From NCBI GenBank assembly GCA_030390025.1, contig CM059432.1, positions 18,168,001-18,232,000 of the forward strand: a stretch of DNA of 64,000 nucleotides, in the 5' to 3' direction. Positions 22,072 through 34,277 of this stretch are shown here, piece after piece (positions within the stretch are counted from its first letter, which is position 1; each line of letters opens with the position of its first letter). The stretch comes from Squalus acanthias. Taxonomy: Eukaryota. Under the pieces are notes generated by a model. That model was not told where the DNA came from and made no database searches. It was given only the letters and a program-made list of their open reading frames with translations. The position numbers were made by a program, and so were the translations under genes.

Positions 22072-24590
22072 ATCTGTGGCAAATGGATTTCAATGTAGGC
22101 AAATGTGAGGTCATCCACTTTGGACCTAAAAAGGAAAGAACAGGGTACTTTCTAAATGGTGAAAAGCTAAAAACAGTGGAGGTCCAAAGAGACTTGGGGG
22201 TCCAGGTATATAGATCATTAAAATGTCATGAACAGATACAGAAAAGAATCAAAAAAGCTAATGGGATGCTGGTCTTTATATCCAGAGGACTAGAATACAA
22301 GGGGGTAGAGGTTATGCTGCAGCGATACAAAATCCTGGTTAGACCACACCTGGAGTACTGTGAGCAGTTCTGGGCACCACACCTTAGGAAGGATATATTG
22401 GCCTTGGAGGGAGTGCAGCGTAGATTTACCAGAATAATACCCGGACTGCAAGGGTTAAGTTACGAGGAGAGATTACACAAATTAGAGTTGTCTTCCTGTA
22501 AGGGGTGAGACCTGTGGCTCTGTGCTTAGCCTGGGTGCTAGTGCGAGGTTAGGCCTTGTTGCCTGTTCTGGTCTCCAGCCAGCCTGGTAACACTAGACCC
22601 CTGTGAGTGGTTCGACCCATTCGCCCTTACGGTTCTGACACTGGACTTAGGTGCGAGAGCAATAATGCAGAGAAAACTCAGGTAGACCCGGTTGAATAGT
22701 GCGAAATGGAAAATCTTTATTGCATATTATTCAAGATTACGAAATACATGTCATAAGCACAGATTAATGACAGTACAATCTTACACGCAGTTATGTAACT
22801 AATTTTAGGGAAACGAGGAGCGCACGACACATCGTAAAAGGGGGCACACATTACAATTATCCTTAAAACTTAAACCCTCCCCTATCAATACCTGTCCTAA
22901 ACTAGATTTGTAGGATCGAGACTCATGCTCACCACTCGTGATAACTCGGAGAATTCCGAAACTCTGCTCGGATGTTGTTCCCGCAGCACCTGACCACCCA
23001 TGTGTTGATCAGGGGTCTCTGTACCCCACTTGTTTACTCGTCTCTGCTCCGGCTAGCAGGCTGGACCGTCTGCTGTCATGAAGATCTGTGTTGTCCTCGG
23101 AGTTCCGACACGACTCAAAAAATAGTCTTCCTGTGCCCTCACCAGTTTGTAAAACTCAAAGAATGGTCTTCCTGGGCAAGGAAGTGTTTATTCGACTTAC
23201 AGGCGCGGTCGGGGCTTACTGACCGTGGCGATACGTATTGTCGTCTTCTTCTCTTCTCATCTCATCTCATCTCATCTCATCTCATCTCATCTCGGGCCTT
23301 CGGTTCCAACACCGTTTACCGACTTCTCGGGATGGTGTGCCCGCTTCAAGGCTTCACAGCCCAGTTCTTCACAGGTCTTCGCGGCAAGCCACGAGGTTGA
23401 TCCTAGCGGATCAGAGTCCAGAGCCGTCAGGCAAGAGAATAAAAGTTCAATAGTCTTCCAGCGAGTCAAAACAGCAAGAGCAGCAAGAGGCAGAGGCACG
23501 AGGCAAGCGGCAAGGAGTCAGGCGGCAAGAGCAAGAGTCAAGAGGCAAGAGACAGATGGACGGTTGTACCTTACAGTTATAGTGCTGTAATTCCTCTTTT
23601 CCCGCCCAATCTTAATGTCTATCTTTTGTCAGGGTTTTGGCGCTCAAACTTCTTGTATAGGGTGATCTCCGTTTTTAATGGGTTTCGGTGATACTTGTAA
23701 CTGCCTGAGTACCCGTTAATACTTCTCCCATTGTGGAACCGGCCAGTATTCTCCCTGGAGGGGTTTTGGGGCTTCCAAATGTTTTCTGTAACTACCCGCA
23801 AACGGCTCTCTCATCGTAGAGTCGTGGGGATTTTGCATATTAATGTCTTTGGATGGGTTCTTGATCGCTCGGTACAATAGCCCTTATTCGCACCTGGGAG
23901 ACCGATTCCAGTATTTATGTGTAAAATGCAAACCCATTATGTCTTGTGAATTATCTCAAATGTGCTGAGTCTTGTCCGATCTCACACAAATGTTTATTGG
24001 AACGCCATCTTGTCTGCTCATTGAAAAGTCTAGAATGTTCTGCCACGAGGCGTGGCGGCCATTTTACAGGCTGTTTGTGTCCACTTTGAAAACCTGACAG
24101 CATTCTGCTGGAATAAAACTGTTTGTACGAAACTTTATGTCTCCTTCTTATTTTATTAAATCGTGATAATTTTGCGAATTCTACATTCCCTAGAATTTAG
24201 AAGGGTAAGGGGTGATCTGATCGAAGTTGTAAAGATATCAAGGGGAACAGATAGGGTAGATAGAGAGAACCTATTTCCGCTGGGTGGGCAGTCTAGGACT
24301 AGGGGGCATAGTCTAAAAATTAGAGCCAGACCTTTCAGGAGTGAAATTAGGAAACACTTCTACACACAAAGGGTGGTAGAAGTTTGGAACTCTCTTCCGC
24401 AAATGGCAATTGATGCTAGATCAATTGTTAATTTTAAATCGGAGTTTGATAGATTTTTGTTAACTGCAGGTATTAAGGGATATGGGCCAAAGGTGGGTAT
24501 ATGGAGTTAGGTCACTGATCAGCCATGATCTCATTGAATGGCGGAACAGGCTCAAGGGGCTCAACGGCCTACTCCCGTTCCTACGTTCCG
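22072..24590 (+). mobile_element. CR1 LINE 3' part, split by solo LTR copy 2
   Basis: WQMDFNVGKCEVIHFG...RPHLEYC up to 22496; resumes SLEFRRVRGDLIE at 24186; CR1 3' UTR follows. Confidence 0.92.
22497..24185 (-). mobile_element. Solo LTR copy 2 (1689 bp)
   Basis: TGTA...TACA termini, TSD TTCC; reverse-complement homolog of 18532-20153; internal (TCTCA)n. Confidence 0.9.
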
Positions 24591-24744
24591 AAAGTTATTT
24601 TTCTCCTCTCCTATTAGCAGTTATGCCCGAGTATACGCTCGGCAGTTGGATAGTCTTTCCCTGGTAGAGCTCTTGTTCTTTCAAATTGACACCAGTTGTC
24701 TGTTGACTGCTTTAACCAGCAAGAGGTTTTGTTCCCTTATTGGA

Positions 24745-25190
24745 GTCCCACTCCCCCGCCATTTCCCCATATCCTTGCAATTTTTTCTCCTTCAACTTTT
24801 AATCCAATTCCCTTTTGAAGGTTACTACAGAATCTGTATCCACCACCCTTTCAGGCAGTGCATTCCAAATCCTAACCACTCGTTGCATAAAAAAGTTTTT
24901 CCTCATGTCGCCTCTGGTTCTTTTGCCAATCAGCTTAAATCTGTGCCCTTCTCGTTATCGACCCTTCAGCCATCGATGGGCTGAATGGCTTCCTTCTGTG
25001 CTGTACTGTTCCCTGACTCTGTGCTTGGCCTGGAGTTTTTTTTTCTGTTTCTTTGCCTCTCCCAGGAGATTACATGGTTGGGGGCGTGGGGGAGGGAGGA
25101 AGTGTCCAGCCATGATGCGCTAGGCCTCATGAGTGTGGGGCAGGCTTGATGGACCAGCAGGTCTTTTCCTGCCCGTCATTTTTCATATGT
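24745..25190. repeat. Short LINE 3'-end fragments (CR1 on -, then tail fragments on +)
   Basis: 24745-24960 is reverse-complement CR1 C-terminal sequence. 24970-25020 and 25050-25190 resemble LINE 3' tails. Confidence 0.6.
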
Positions 25191-26094
25191 CCGGAATGTT
25201 TTTTTTTTCAAACATTACTGTATATATCGACCATTTAAAATTTCACATTGGAAGGGGAAAGCGAGGGGAGGACAAGAGAGCGCCAAATGTGATTTGAGGA
25301 CTTGTTCAGCCAATGAGCAGCAGCGTTTGAAAAATAAACATTCGAATTCCGATGGTTAGTGCCCAATAAAAAAAACGACTCAGATTACAGTGAACAGGTG
25401 GAAGCCGAAACATCAGAGACACAATGAAAGGTAAAAGTGCCCTAAATCCATTGAGAATTGAATTACCCCATCAGTTTGCCAGAGAGGACTGTTTCTGTTC
25501 ACATTTATTTAAAATGCTTTTGCTGTGTGACAGCTACTGCACATGAAGACCGCCTGAAACAGGATCTTATAGAAAATACTCACTGAAATTTTTTTGTTGT
25601 TGACATTTCGTCCTATTCTTTTGATGTGGTGTAGAAATGCTACTATGTTCCTCCAATTCTACAACGGTTGATCGGGACTTCCAGCCAGCTGCTTGTGAGG
25701 AGTCCCATCGGTTTCAGATTGAAATCTATCGTCTACTTCCAGGAGTTCCCGGCTAGAAAGTGGAAAATAGTCCAGGTGCGGGATGGAGATAACACCTCCC
25801 TCCCAGACCCATCCCCTTTAGGGCCATCTTTTCCACTGCAGAGGCTGTCAGTGCTGGCCCAAGAAGCAGGAAAGCGACTTGCTTTCAGCTGTTTGTCAAT
25901 GCCGCTTTCCATTTGGAAGTGCGGAAAAGTGGCTGTGTGTAACTCAGCCTTTGACTTCTCTTCCTTCCTGCCCTGTATTGGAAGTGAGTCAACCAAACCT
26001 TTGCCATTGAGGCAGATAATGGGAACCCAGGGGACACATCATGTTTTCCAGAAGATATACATTAACTGAAATCTGAAGTTATCCATACATACAT

Positions 26095-26277
26095 CTCTAT
26101 CCCAGAGGGCTGTGGATGCTCAGTCGTTAGTATGTTCAAGACTGAGATCGATAGATTTTTGGACACTAAGGGAATCAAGGGATATGGGGATAGGGCGAGA
26201 AAGTAGAGTTGAGGTAGAAGGTCAGCCATGATCTTATTGAATGGCCTACTCCTGCTCCGATTTCTTATGTTCTTATA
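26095..26277 (+). mobile_element. CR1 3' fragment
   Basis: Matches 37056-37270 including the CTTATGTT tail. Confidence 0.85.
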
Positions 26278-26489
26278 AAGGACCAAGTCTTCATTCGCTT
26301 TATGCTTAGTTTAAAATAATTGGGGGAAGATAATCGTCATTATGTGTAACAGCATCATAAATGCATTCTATAATGAATAGTAAATCAGATAGAAATCATT
26401 AGTCATTATTGACCTGAGACCCACCATCACCTAGCACAGTGGAATTGTTTATGTGATGACATTTTTTTCATGTAATTTACTAAGTAGTT

Positions 26490-27660
26490 CTCTTCTTAGG
26501 CAGTTCCTCAGAACCGAGGATGACTTGCTTCCACATTAAAAATTAGTTCTCAGGTGACTGATGAGTCCAATGCGGGACCTACAGTCTCTGTCACAGGTGG
26601 GGCAGACGGTGGTTGAAGGGGCGGGTGGGTGGGGTGCTTGGGTTGACGTGCGCTCCTTCCGCTGTTTGCGCTTGGCTTCCGCTTGCTCCCAGCGAAGAGA
26701 CTCGAGATATTCGGCGCCTTCCCGGATGCTTCTCCTCACTTTGTACGGTCTTGGGCCAAGGATTCCCAGGTGTCGGTGGGGATGTTGCACTTTTTCAAGG
26801 AGGCTTTGAGGGTGTCCTTGAAGCGTTTCCTCTGCCCACCTGGGGCTCTCTTGCCGTGTCGGAGCTCGAGTAGAGCCGTTTGTTTTAGGAGTCTTGTATC
26901 GGGCATGCGGACGATGTGACCCGTCCATCGGAGCTGATCGAGCGTGGTCAAAGCTTCGATGCTGGGGATGTTGGCCTGAGCGAGAACACTGACGTTGGTG
27001 CGCCTATCCTGCCAATGGATTTGCAGGATCTTGCGGAGGCAGCGTTGGTGGTACCTCTCCAGTGCTTTGAGGTGCCTGCTGTACATGGTCCATGTCTCCA
27101 AGGCATACAGCAGGGCGGGTATTATTACTGCTCTGTAGACCATGAGCTTAGTGCCGGGTTTGAGTTCCTGCTCTTCAAACACTCTCTTCCTCAGGCGACC
27201 GAAGGCTGCACTGGCACATTGAAGGCAGTGTTGGACTTCGTCATCGACGTCTGCCCTTGTTGACAGTAGGCTCCCGAGGTATGGAAAGTGGTCCACGTTG
27301 TCCAAGGCCTTGTCATGGATTTTGATAATCGGGGGGCAGTACTGTGTGGCGGGGGCAGGTTGATAGAGGACCTTTGTCTTACGGATGTTTAGTGTAAGGC
27401 CCATGCTCTCGTACGCTTCGGTGAAGGTGTTAACGATGGTTTGGAGTTCGACCTCCGAGTGTGCGCATCAAGATCGAGAAGAGCGTTGGTGCGATGACAC
27501 AGCCTTACTTGACCCCGGTCCGTACGTGAATTGGGTCTGTGGTGGATCCGTTGGTCAGGATCACGGCTTGCATGTCGTCGTGAAGCAGGCGGAGGATGGT
27601 GACAAACTTTTGAGGGCAGCCGAATTTGAGGAGGACACTCCATAATCCCTCACGGTTGAC
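26490..27660 (-). mobile_element. RTE-clade LINE 3' fragment with internal deletions
   Basis: RTGVK*GCVIAPTLF, GLTLNIRKTKV, FPYLGS, QLRWTGHIVRMPD, GGQRKRFKDTLK and C-terminal CPTCDRDCRSRIGLISHLRT zinc finger. Confidence 0.9.
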
Positions 27661-28139
27661 ATGATGTGGATGTGGAATATGCATCAACTCTACTGAGATC
27701 ATCCTAGCAGTGTAACAAAGAGCTGCTGGAAGTTTTGAAACTTTTGTTTACTTTGCACGACACATGCTGCGGTCATACGTAATCAAATTTTGCAAAGGAG
27801 GCCTCAAACAAACTTCTGGTCCCCTATTTGCATATACAATGGGCCTAACGCCTGTTCTAGGCATGCCTACGGAGAAGCTTTAACCTATATGGCGGCCGCG
27901 CATCTCCGACGCAGAATGAATTCGCACATGGCGCCCACCATTTTGGACCCTTAGCTGCCCGTTTTATGCCTGTATAACGGGTGCAGTGCAATCCAATTTC
28001 TAGGCCTACTTATGTAGGTTTCTCAGTAGCTTGATTTGAAAACTCTTTGTGATAGGTATTGATATCGACTGATCAAGAAAAATGAATTTGTTTCAACCTT
28101 GGCAGGAAAGATCTGGTCTTAAGGGCCCTAAGACCTTAA

Positions 28140-29024
28140 GGGGGAGAAATTCAGTATCGCCCCATTTGGGGCGCAATTATCGGCCGGGCGCAAAGATTAG
28201 CGCCTGGCGCTAATTATCGCCACCGAGTGCAAACTTGACTTTTATCGCCCCTGGAGGTGATTGGAGCACTAAATCAGGCGCTTCACACCTGTCTTAAGGC
28301 GCAAAGGCCGAGGAGCGAGGCGCTACCTCAGAGCGCTGGAGAAGCTCATGTGATGTCAGTCAGCAATGGAACACACACACAATGGCACGGGTCAGTTCTT
28401 AAAGGGGATGGTTAATCTTGCTTTCCATCCACATCCTGCTCATTGCAGCCTTGAATCTTGGCCTGGAGAGACCTGCACATCAAATCTGCTGGAAAGAACA
28501 ATGGAGAGTACCAGGGAAAGAGCTCAGAATGCAGCCCCCACAGTCTCTTCTAAATCGATACTAGGAAGGGCAAATCAAAATGAACCTGCAAAGTGCTGCT
28601 CATACCCCAAACTCCTTCACACAGCGTTGAATCTCTCCAGAAGTCTCTCTCTCTCAGAATGCGTGGTTCAAAAATGTCACCAACAATAAAAGGCAGGAAG
28701 CGGTCACCTTTAAATAGCGCTCCCCCAGTCCCTTCATGACTGCAAAACGCTCCCCTCAACCTGTCGTTGCTAGCGGCAGGCGGTAAGGCAGGGGGCGCCA
28801 CTCAATACCCGCTCCGGGGCGATACCGGGACGTTGCACACTCGACTGACGTCACGATCTGCCGGCGCAGGAGATCGTGGCGGTAGTGTTTAGCGCCGCCG
28901 CAAAATGTCTCGTTAATTTCGCGAGCGGCGCAAACATCGCCGCGCCTGGGCGCTAGTTGCTTTGCACCCCATTAGCGCCCTCTTAAGGCGCTAACGGGAG
29001 GCGCAACCAACTGAATTTTCCCCG
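28140..29024 (+). mobile_element. Non-autonomous Harbinger deletion derivative
   Basis: GGGGGAGAAATTC/GAATTTTCCCCG termini with TAA on both sides. Left end is homologous to 3583/58125 and right end to 21100-21421 and 63620-63880. Confidence 0.85.
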
Positions 29025-30054
29025 TAAAATATTTGAAAACTCTTCATATAGCCCATTAAAAAAAAGTTTGCTTTCATTCATTTTTCTTTGCCATTCTATT
29101 TCTTTCTTTATGCCACTTTCTAGGTAGAAACATGGAGAAGAGCTGAGCAATTTGTTTAATTCTAGCCTAGGGAGGAAGGGAGCAATGTTCCAGACTGCGA
29201 TCCAGTCAGTCCCACTGGATAGTGCATGGAAATGCATACTGGCTCGGCTGTGATGCCACCCACAGTTAACTCTTCTGCTGACCCTCACTGCCAAGGCTCA
29301 CAGATGAAAAGCGGTTCTGGGGAAGGTGCCGGAGGACTCCAGGCACCTCTGGAACTGTACCCCAGCCTTCAGCAGAGAAGGGGAGAGAAAGGTGAAAAGA
29401 ACGAGAAGCTATAGAAGACTAAGTGATGTACTTATGGATATAAAGAGCTAAATACTTTACTTTGGTGGAGAATGGCAGGAAAAGGATATTCTCCTGACGT
29501 TTTTGAACGGTGACCGATAGTAGCCTACAGTGCCTCATGTCCCAAGAGTTACTATTGAGTGACACAAAAATGCACTGAATGTTTGTTGTATTTTACCCTT
29601 GGGGTCCAATGTAAAAAGAAATTCTGGCAGCTGTATAAAGAGCTAAGATCTCCAAAGAAAAGAACATTCTCTACGGAGTGCCCGGTCATGGCACAGTGCT
29701 AGGCACCCCTAGGTCAGTGACGAATTAGAATAGGCCAGTGGGAATGGCTGTGATTCAAAAAGCAATGCTCTGTAAATAACAGAATATTCTCGGCAGCGAG
29801 CCTGGCCATGGCACAGTGCTAAGTACCGCTGACTTGCAATGATATGGTTCCCGTCCAAATGATAGCTACATTTTGGGACAGAGTCTTTCTCACCTAACTG
29901 AATTTCAATAGCGCAAGGAATCAGCTTCCTTACACTGCAGTCTTGCAGTTACAATACTGATTCACCCTTAGCCCCCATGTCCTCATCAACACTACAGCTG
30001 TACAGCTCCTCTCACCTGTAATTGGTAACAGTGTTATCTGAGTCTCTGACACTA

Positions 30055-30170
30055 TTGAGTGGGACTAATTGGATTGCTCTTTCCAAGAGCCGGCACAGAC
30101 ACGGTGGATTGAATGGCTTCTATGATTGATTCTATGATTTAATGTTTGATTCTACGATTGATTCTATTGA
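30055..30170 (+). repeat. CR1 3' tail with degenerate (TATGATTC)n
   Basis: GGGACTAATTGGATTGCTCT...GCCGGCACAGAC followed by the repeat. Confidence 0.7.
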
Positions 30171-31172
30171 TCGTGTCAATGAACTCAAGACAACATTGTT
30201 TGTCCAGTTTTGTTCTCTTTTTCCCCTTGGCTGTTCTGAAGGAGATGGCTCAGGCTGGGATACAGTTCAATGAGTGGTCGAAAACTTCCATACTGATTTT
30301 ATTGGAAAAGTCTCAACTCGGAGGCAAAATAAACAAAACGCTTCAAAACTTCCAGCAGCTCTTTCTTAGTCTGCTAGAATTAACTCATGTAGGGTTTATG
30401 CATATTCCACAACCATGCTAAGTAAATGGCATTTTTCAATCACGTAAACAATTCTACTGTGGTGGATCGTGGGTTCAGAATGCCGAGTGGTACTGAGCCA
30501 CACAGTCCAGCAAGGTCCAAGGTTTGATCGCCAGCTTGAGCTAATTGACTTAACCAGAGCAGTGGTTGGGGCACTGCAATTGGCTTCAGTGCCCATGGAC
30601 CACTGGGAAGTGGTAAATCTGACCAGGGGCTAAGCTTCTGATTACAATCCAGCAATTCCTGCTGGAAGATGGACACCAGGTAAGAACAGGACTGGGTTTG
30701 TGTGCATGCTGACCCACCACCCACCCCCCCCCCCCCCACCCCCGACTGTCCGGGCTCAAGTATAAAGAAGAGCCACTTGGCTGAAATGGTGAAGGGCGGC
30801 TGATGCCCATAAAATCATACCCCACTGAGTAAGCACTTTCTGGAGAGGAGCGGAGAAAGTGGGTTTACCGTAGCTTTCTGTCTAGAGAAGGAGACTTCCT
30901 AAAAATTAATTCTCTGGATGTGGGTGTCGCTGGCAAGGCTAATGATGAGTTTAGACCAGGATGAGATCATCAGTGTCATCAATGCCCAAGTATCCACTGA
31001 TCTAACGTGTGCCACAATAACGTGTGCCACGAGGGGTAACATAATACACCAGCTGAGGGGTGTCGAGATCTTAAAGGTGAATGGCTGTATTTCATTGTGC
31101 TATTAGGTAGAAGCTCTTAAGTTTGGATTGGTCTTTTGTCAAAACATTTTTCCTCTTTATTTTCAAGACGTT

Positions 31173-31853
31173 GGGGGAAAAATTTGGTTGCTTTGCACCT
31201 CCCTAAGAGGGCGCTTACGGGGTGCAAAGCAACTAGCGCCTGGGCGCGGCGCCGCCAACGCCTCCCGTGAAATTCAGCGGAAGGTTAGCGGTGGCGGTAA
31301 CCGGTAGCACCCCGCAGCGATGCGCCGCCGGCAATGACGTCATCACCATGCCCCGCGCCCCGCTTGCGTCCCGGCCGCGATCTTCGGGAGCGCCCCCCGC
31401 TATGTCCAATGGGGTCAGGGGGCTTACCTGCGGCCGGGGAGGCGCTATTTAAAGGCGAGGTGCGGGGCGGCCATTTTTGTTGCTGGCCGCCTGCCAGCAC
31501 CTGCCTCCGCTCCCGTCCCCGGCCTCCTTACCTGCCCCCCTGTGGAGTCCCGGCTGCGCTCCATGAGACCGGCACTTCTCTTGAGTGCCGGGCTCTTTTG
31601 CTGGCGCTCCCCGATCCCCGGGGGCCCAGCTGGGCTCCGGGTCACGCTGCGCAAGGCCCCTCCCCTTTAAGAAGGGGAGGAAGCCCTGCCTCCCTCGCAG
31701 CGCCCCAAGAGGGAGGCAGGGCGCTTCCAGTAGCACCCTGCTTCCCTCTTGGGGTGCTACAACTCAATTTCCGTCGCGGGGGTGCTAATTTTTCTGGGGC
31801 GCTAACCCGGCGAAGTTAGCGCCCCAAAAGGGGCGCTACTCAATTTTTAGCCC
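31173..31853 (-). mobile_element. Harbinger-type MITE family A
   Basis: GGGGGAAAAATT/AATTTTTAGCCC termini; reverse-complement homolog of 46793-47507. Confidence 0.85.
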
Positions 31854-32679
31854 TTTGAGTTTCATTTGGAAAACTCCCTCAGGACTATTTGTTGTTTGTG
31901 GAATTTCCGTAAAATGTAGAGGAAGGCGGAAAAATACTTTCCCCCGCGGTGATTCTCCTCTTTGTCATTCATTTGTTGGATGAGGAACAGCAGGCAATCT
32001 GGGAAGCCATGTTCACAGGAGATCCTGACCCTTCTATAGACACCCAAGAGACCCAGAAGATTTTATTTGAATATCTCCCTGGAGTTATGTGTAAGGAGAT
32101 TGTGGTTCAGCTCAGGAGCCCCGAAAGAGCTTTGCTCCATCTTATAGAGAGGTCTGCAAACTTTTGTAAGAAACAGGACAATGCTTACTGTGGCTCAGAA
32201 AGTTACTACTGCGCTTAATGTATTGTCTACTGGTTAATTCCAAGGGTCAGTCACTTTTACATAAGGTAAGTCCTGCTTACCATGGCAGTCCAGTTCATTG
32301 AATTTGGTGCAGGACCAATTGAGTGAGCAGGCCATTCATTTTCATAGGATTGCTGGATTTCCACAAGTGCTTGGAGCTATAGATTGCACTTATGTGGCCA
32401 TAGTAGCCACTGTTGTCTCCCCAGACCATTTTGTCAAGTATACTGATTTCACTCCCTCAATGTCTAATTAGTGTGCGAATACAGACATGCGTTTCTGCAT
32501 TTCAATGCCCAGTACGAAGGGATCAGTGATGATTCATTCATTGTTTGGTAGTCCACTGCCACAGAACTTTTGAAGAATCAAGGGTAAGGCGCTGGCTGGT
32601 TTCCTGGAGACAAGGGGTATCCAACATCACAGTGGCTGCTAACACTATTGAGAAGGGGCGCTAGTGAAGGACTGAAATT

Positions 32680-33515
32680 ATATAGAATTACACAGAAATT
32701 ACAGCACAGAAATAGTCCATTCAGCCCAACTGGTCTATGCCGGTGTTTATGCTCCACACGAGCCTCCTCCCATCTTACTTCATCTAACCCTATCTGTATG
32801 TCCTCTATTCCTTTCTCCCTTATGTGCTTATCTATCTTCCCCTTAAATGCATCTATGCTATTCGCCTCAACTGCCCGTGCTTGCAAACATCGCACCACTA
32901 CACCTACGCCGCAAATATGCAGTCTCCAGAAAGTACAATCGCTACATCAGCAAAGACATGCCGATCCAGGCCGACTTGAACAACCTACCACCAACCCGTC
33001 TCAAATCTAGAAGGCCATTTTGGACCGTCGCCAAAGCCCTTCAGCGATCTCCCCTCAGCCTTGATGACCGATGGCGAAATGGTTGGAAAAACTGTGATGT
33101 ACGGAATGGATTCCTTATAGAGGACCCCATAGTACAACCTGAAGAATCAAACCTTCCTCGCAAACAGTGGACAACCATCAACTGCCTCAGAACCGGTCAT
33201 GGTAGATGCTGCCACCTTCTCCATAGATGGAAGATTAAAGCATCCCCCATCATGTGACTGTGGAGCTCCTGATCAGACCCTGGAGCACATCATTGAGCAC
33301 TGCCCTCAGAGGAAATTCACAGGCAGCCTACAAGATACCCAGGCTGTTACACTGGAAGCTTTGGCCTGGATATCCGACTTAGTTATTGACATCTGATTTG
33401 CTTTGCTACTACCATACGACAGAAGAAGAGCCTCATCTACTCCATGTGGTAGCAGGTTTCACATTCTAACCACTCTCTGGGTAAAGAAGTTTCACTTAAA
33501 TTCCTTATTGGATTT
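32680..33515 (-). mobile_element. CR1 3' fragment, interrupted by a Vingi/Ingi-like LINE
   Basis: Reverse strand encodes AVEANSIDAFKGKIDKHIREKGIE and FFTQRVVRM*N, plus the tail. Confidence 0.75.
32873..33429 (+). mobile_element. Ingi/Vingi-like (I-group) LINE 3' fragment
   Basis: VLANIAPLHLRR, RLKSRRPF, WTTINCLRTGHGRC and CDCG..QTLEHII.HCP zinc knuckle; (GAA)n tail; TSD GCCTCAACT/GCCTCATCT. Confidence 0.7.
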
Positions 33516-33518
33516 ATT

Positions 33519-34277
33519 GGCCCAGATATTCTGATCCCTGCGGGTGTGTACGCGCTGTGTACCCACCCGTAGGGACATCGGAAATGCCGGTTTTAGGCAT
33601 GCACAGCGCATGCGCTGAAAACCGGCATTTCCGATCTATCAACAATGGTCTTGACAGATCCTCCGGCTGCCCTGGAGAAGGGCCTCTGCGGGCGGATAGT
33701 TCCGCTTTTTGGAGACCCTCCGCCCGCAGTAAACCCTTACAATTCTTACGCCTGGTAAAAGCAGGCATGAGGCCTGCTTTTACCAGGATAAGAGTTGAAA
33801 AAAGTAAACAAAGCAGTTTTTTTTCACTGATTTATTATTTAAAAATACTTTATAAAAAGGTAAGTTTATTTTTAGCCCCGTAAAAAACTTTAATTATTTT
33901 TTCAAAAAATTTAATTTTTGTTTAAAATATTGAATTTATTGTAATTTCAACTCATTTTAAAAGTGTGATTTAAAAAAAAATGTATTTAAAGTTTTACTAT
34001 GTTTTGGGGGTGATCGCCATTCATATATTTGACAGGTCTTCCTGTCAAATGCATGAAGGGAGATTCCCTTCTTTGATTGGCTCCCCATGGCCCACGTGAT
34101 CCCAGGGATGCTGCGAACTACCTGCGCCTCTGAGATACGTGGGCCCTGCACACTTGGAGTTTGGTGAGGCCCAGGAGCGGAAGCGTGTGCGTCCCGGGAG
34201 CCCTCAGGTAAGGGCGTAGATTTTTCCAGATCGCAGGCCTCTGCACGCGGGAGGCCTGCGATCGGAAAATACGGGCC
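33519..34277. mobile_element. Harbinger-type MITE family C
   Basis: GGCCCAGATATT/AAAATACGGGCC termini, ATT on both sides, GC-rich arms and AT-rich core; reverse homolog of 55788-56464. Confidence 0.85.

Noticed and set aside
25668..26069. Host coding exon
   Set aside because: The ORFs on either strand have no recognisable domain, are bounded by stops and lack clear splice pairs.
29680..29830. Short direct repeat CATGGCACAGTGCTA (two copies ~120 bp apart)
   Set aside because: Only two units and no further structure; most likely an old local duplication.
30470..30900. Old tRNA-derived SINE
   Set aside because: Only a weak B-box-like GGTTTGATCGCC; too decayed to call.
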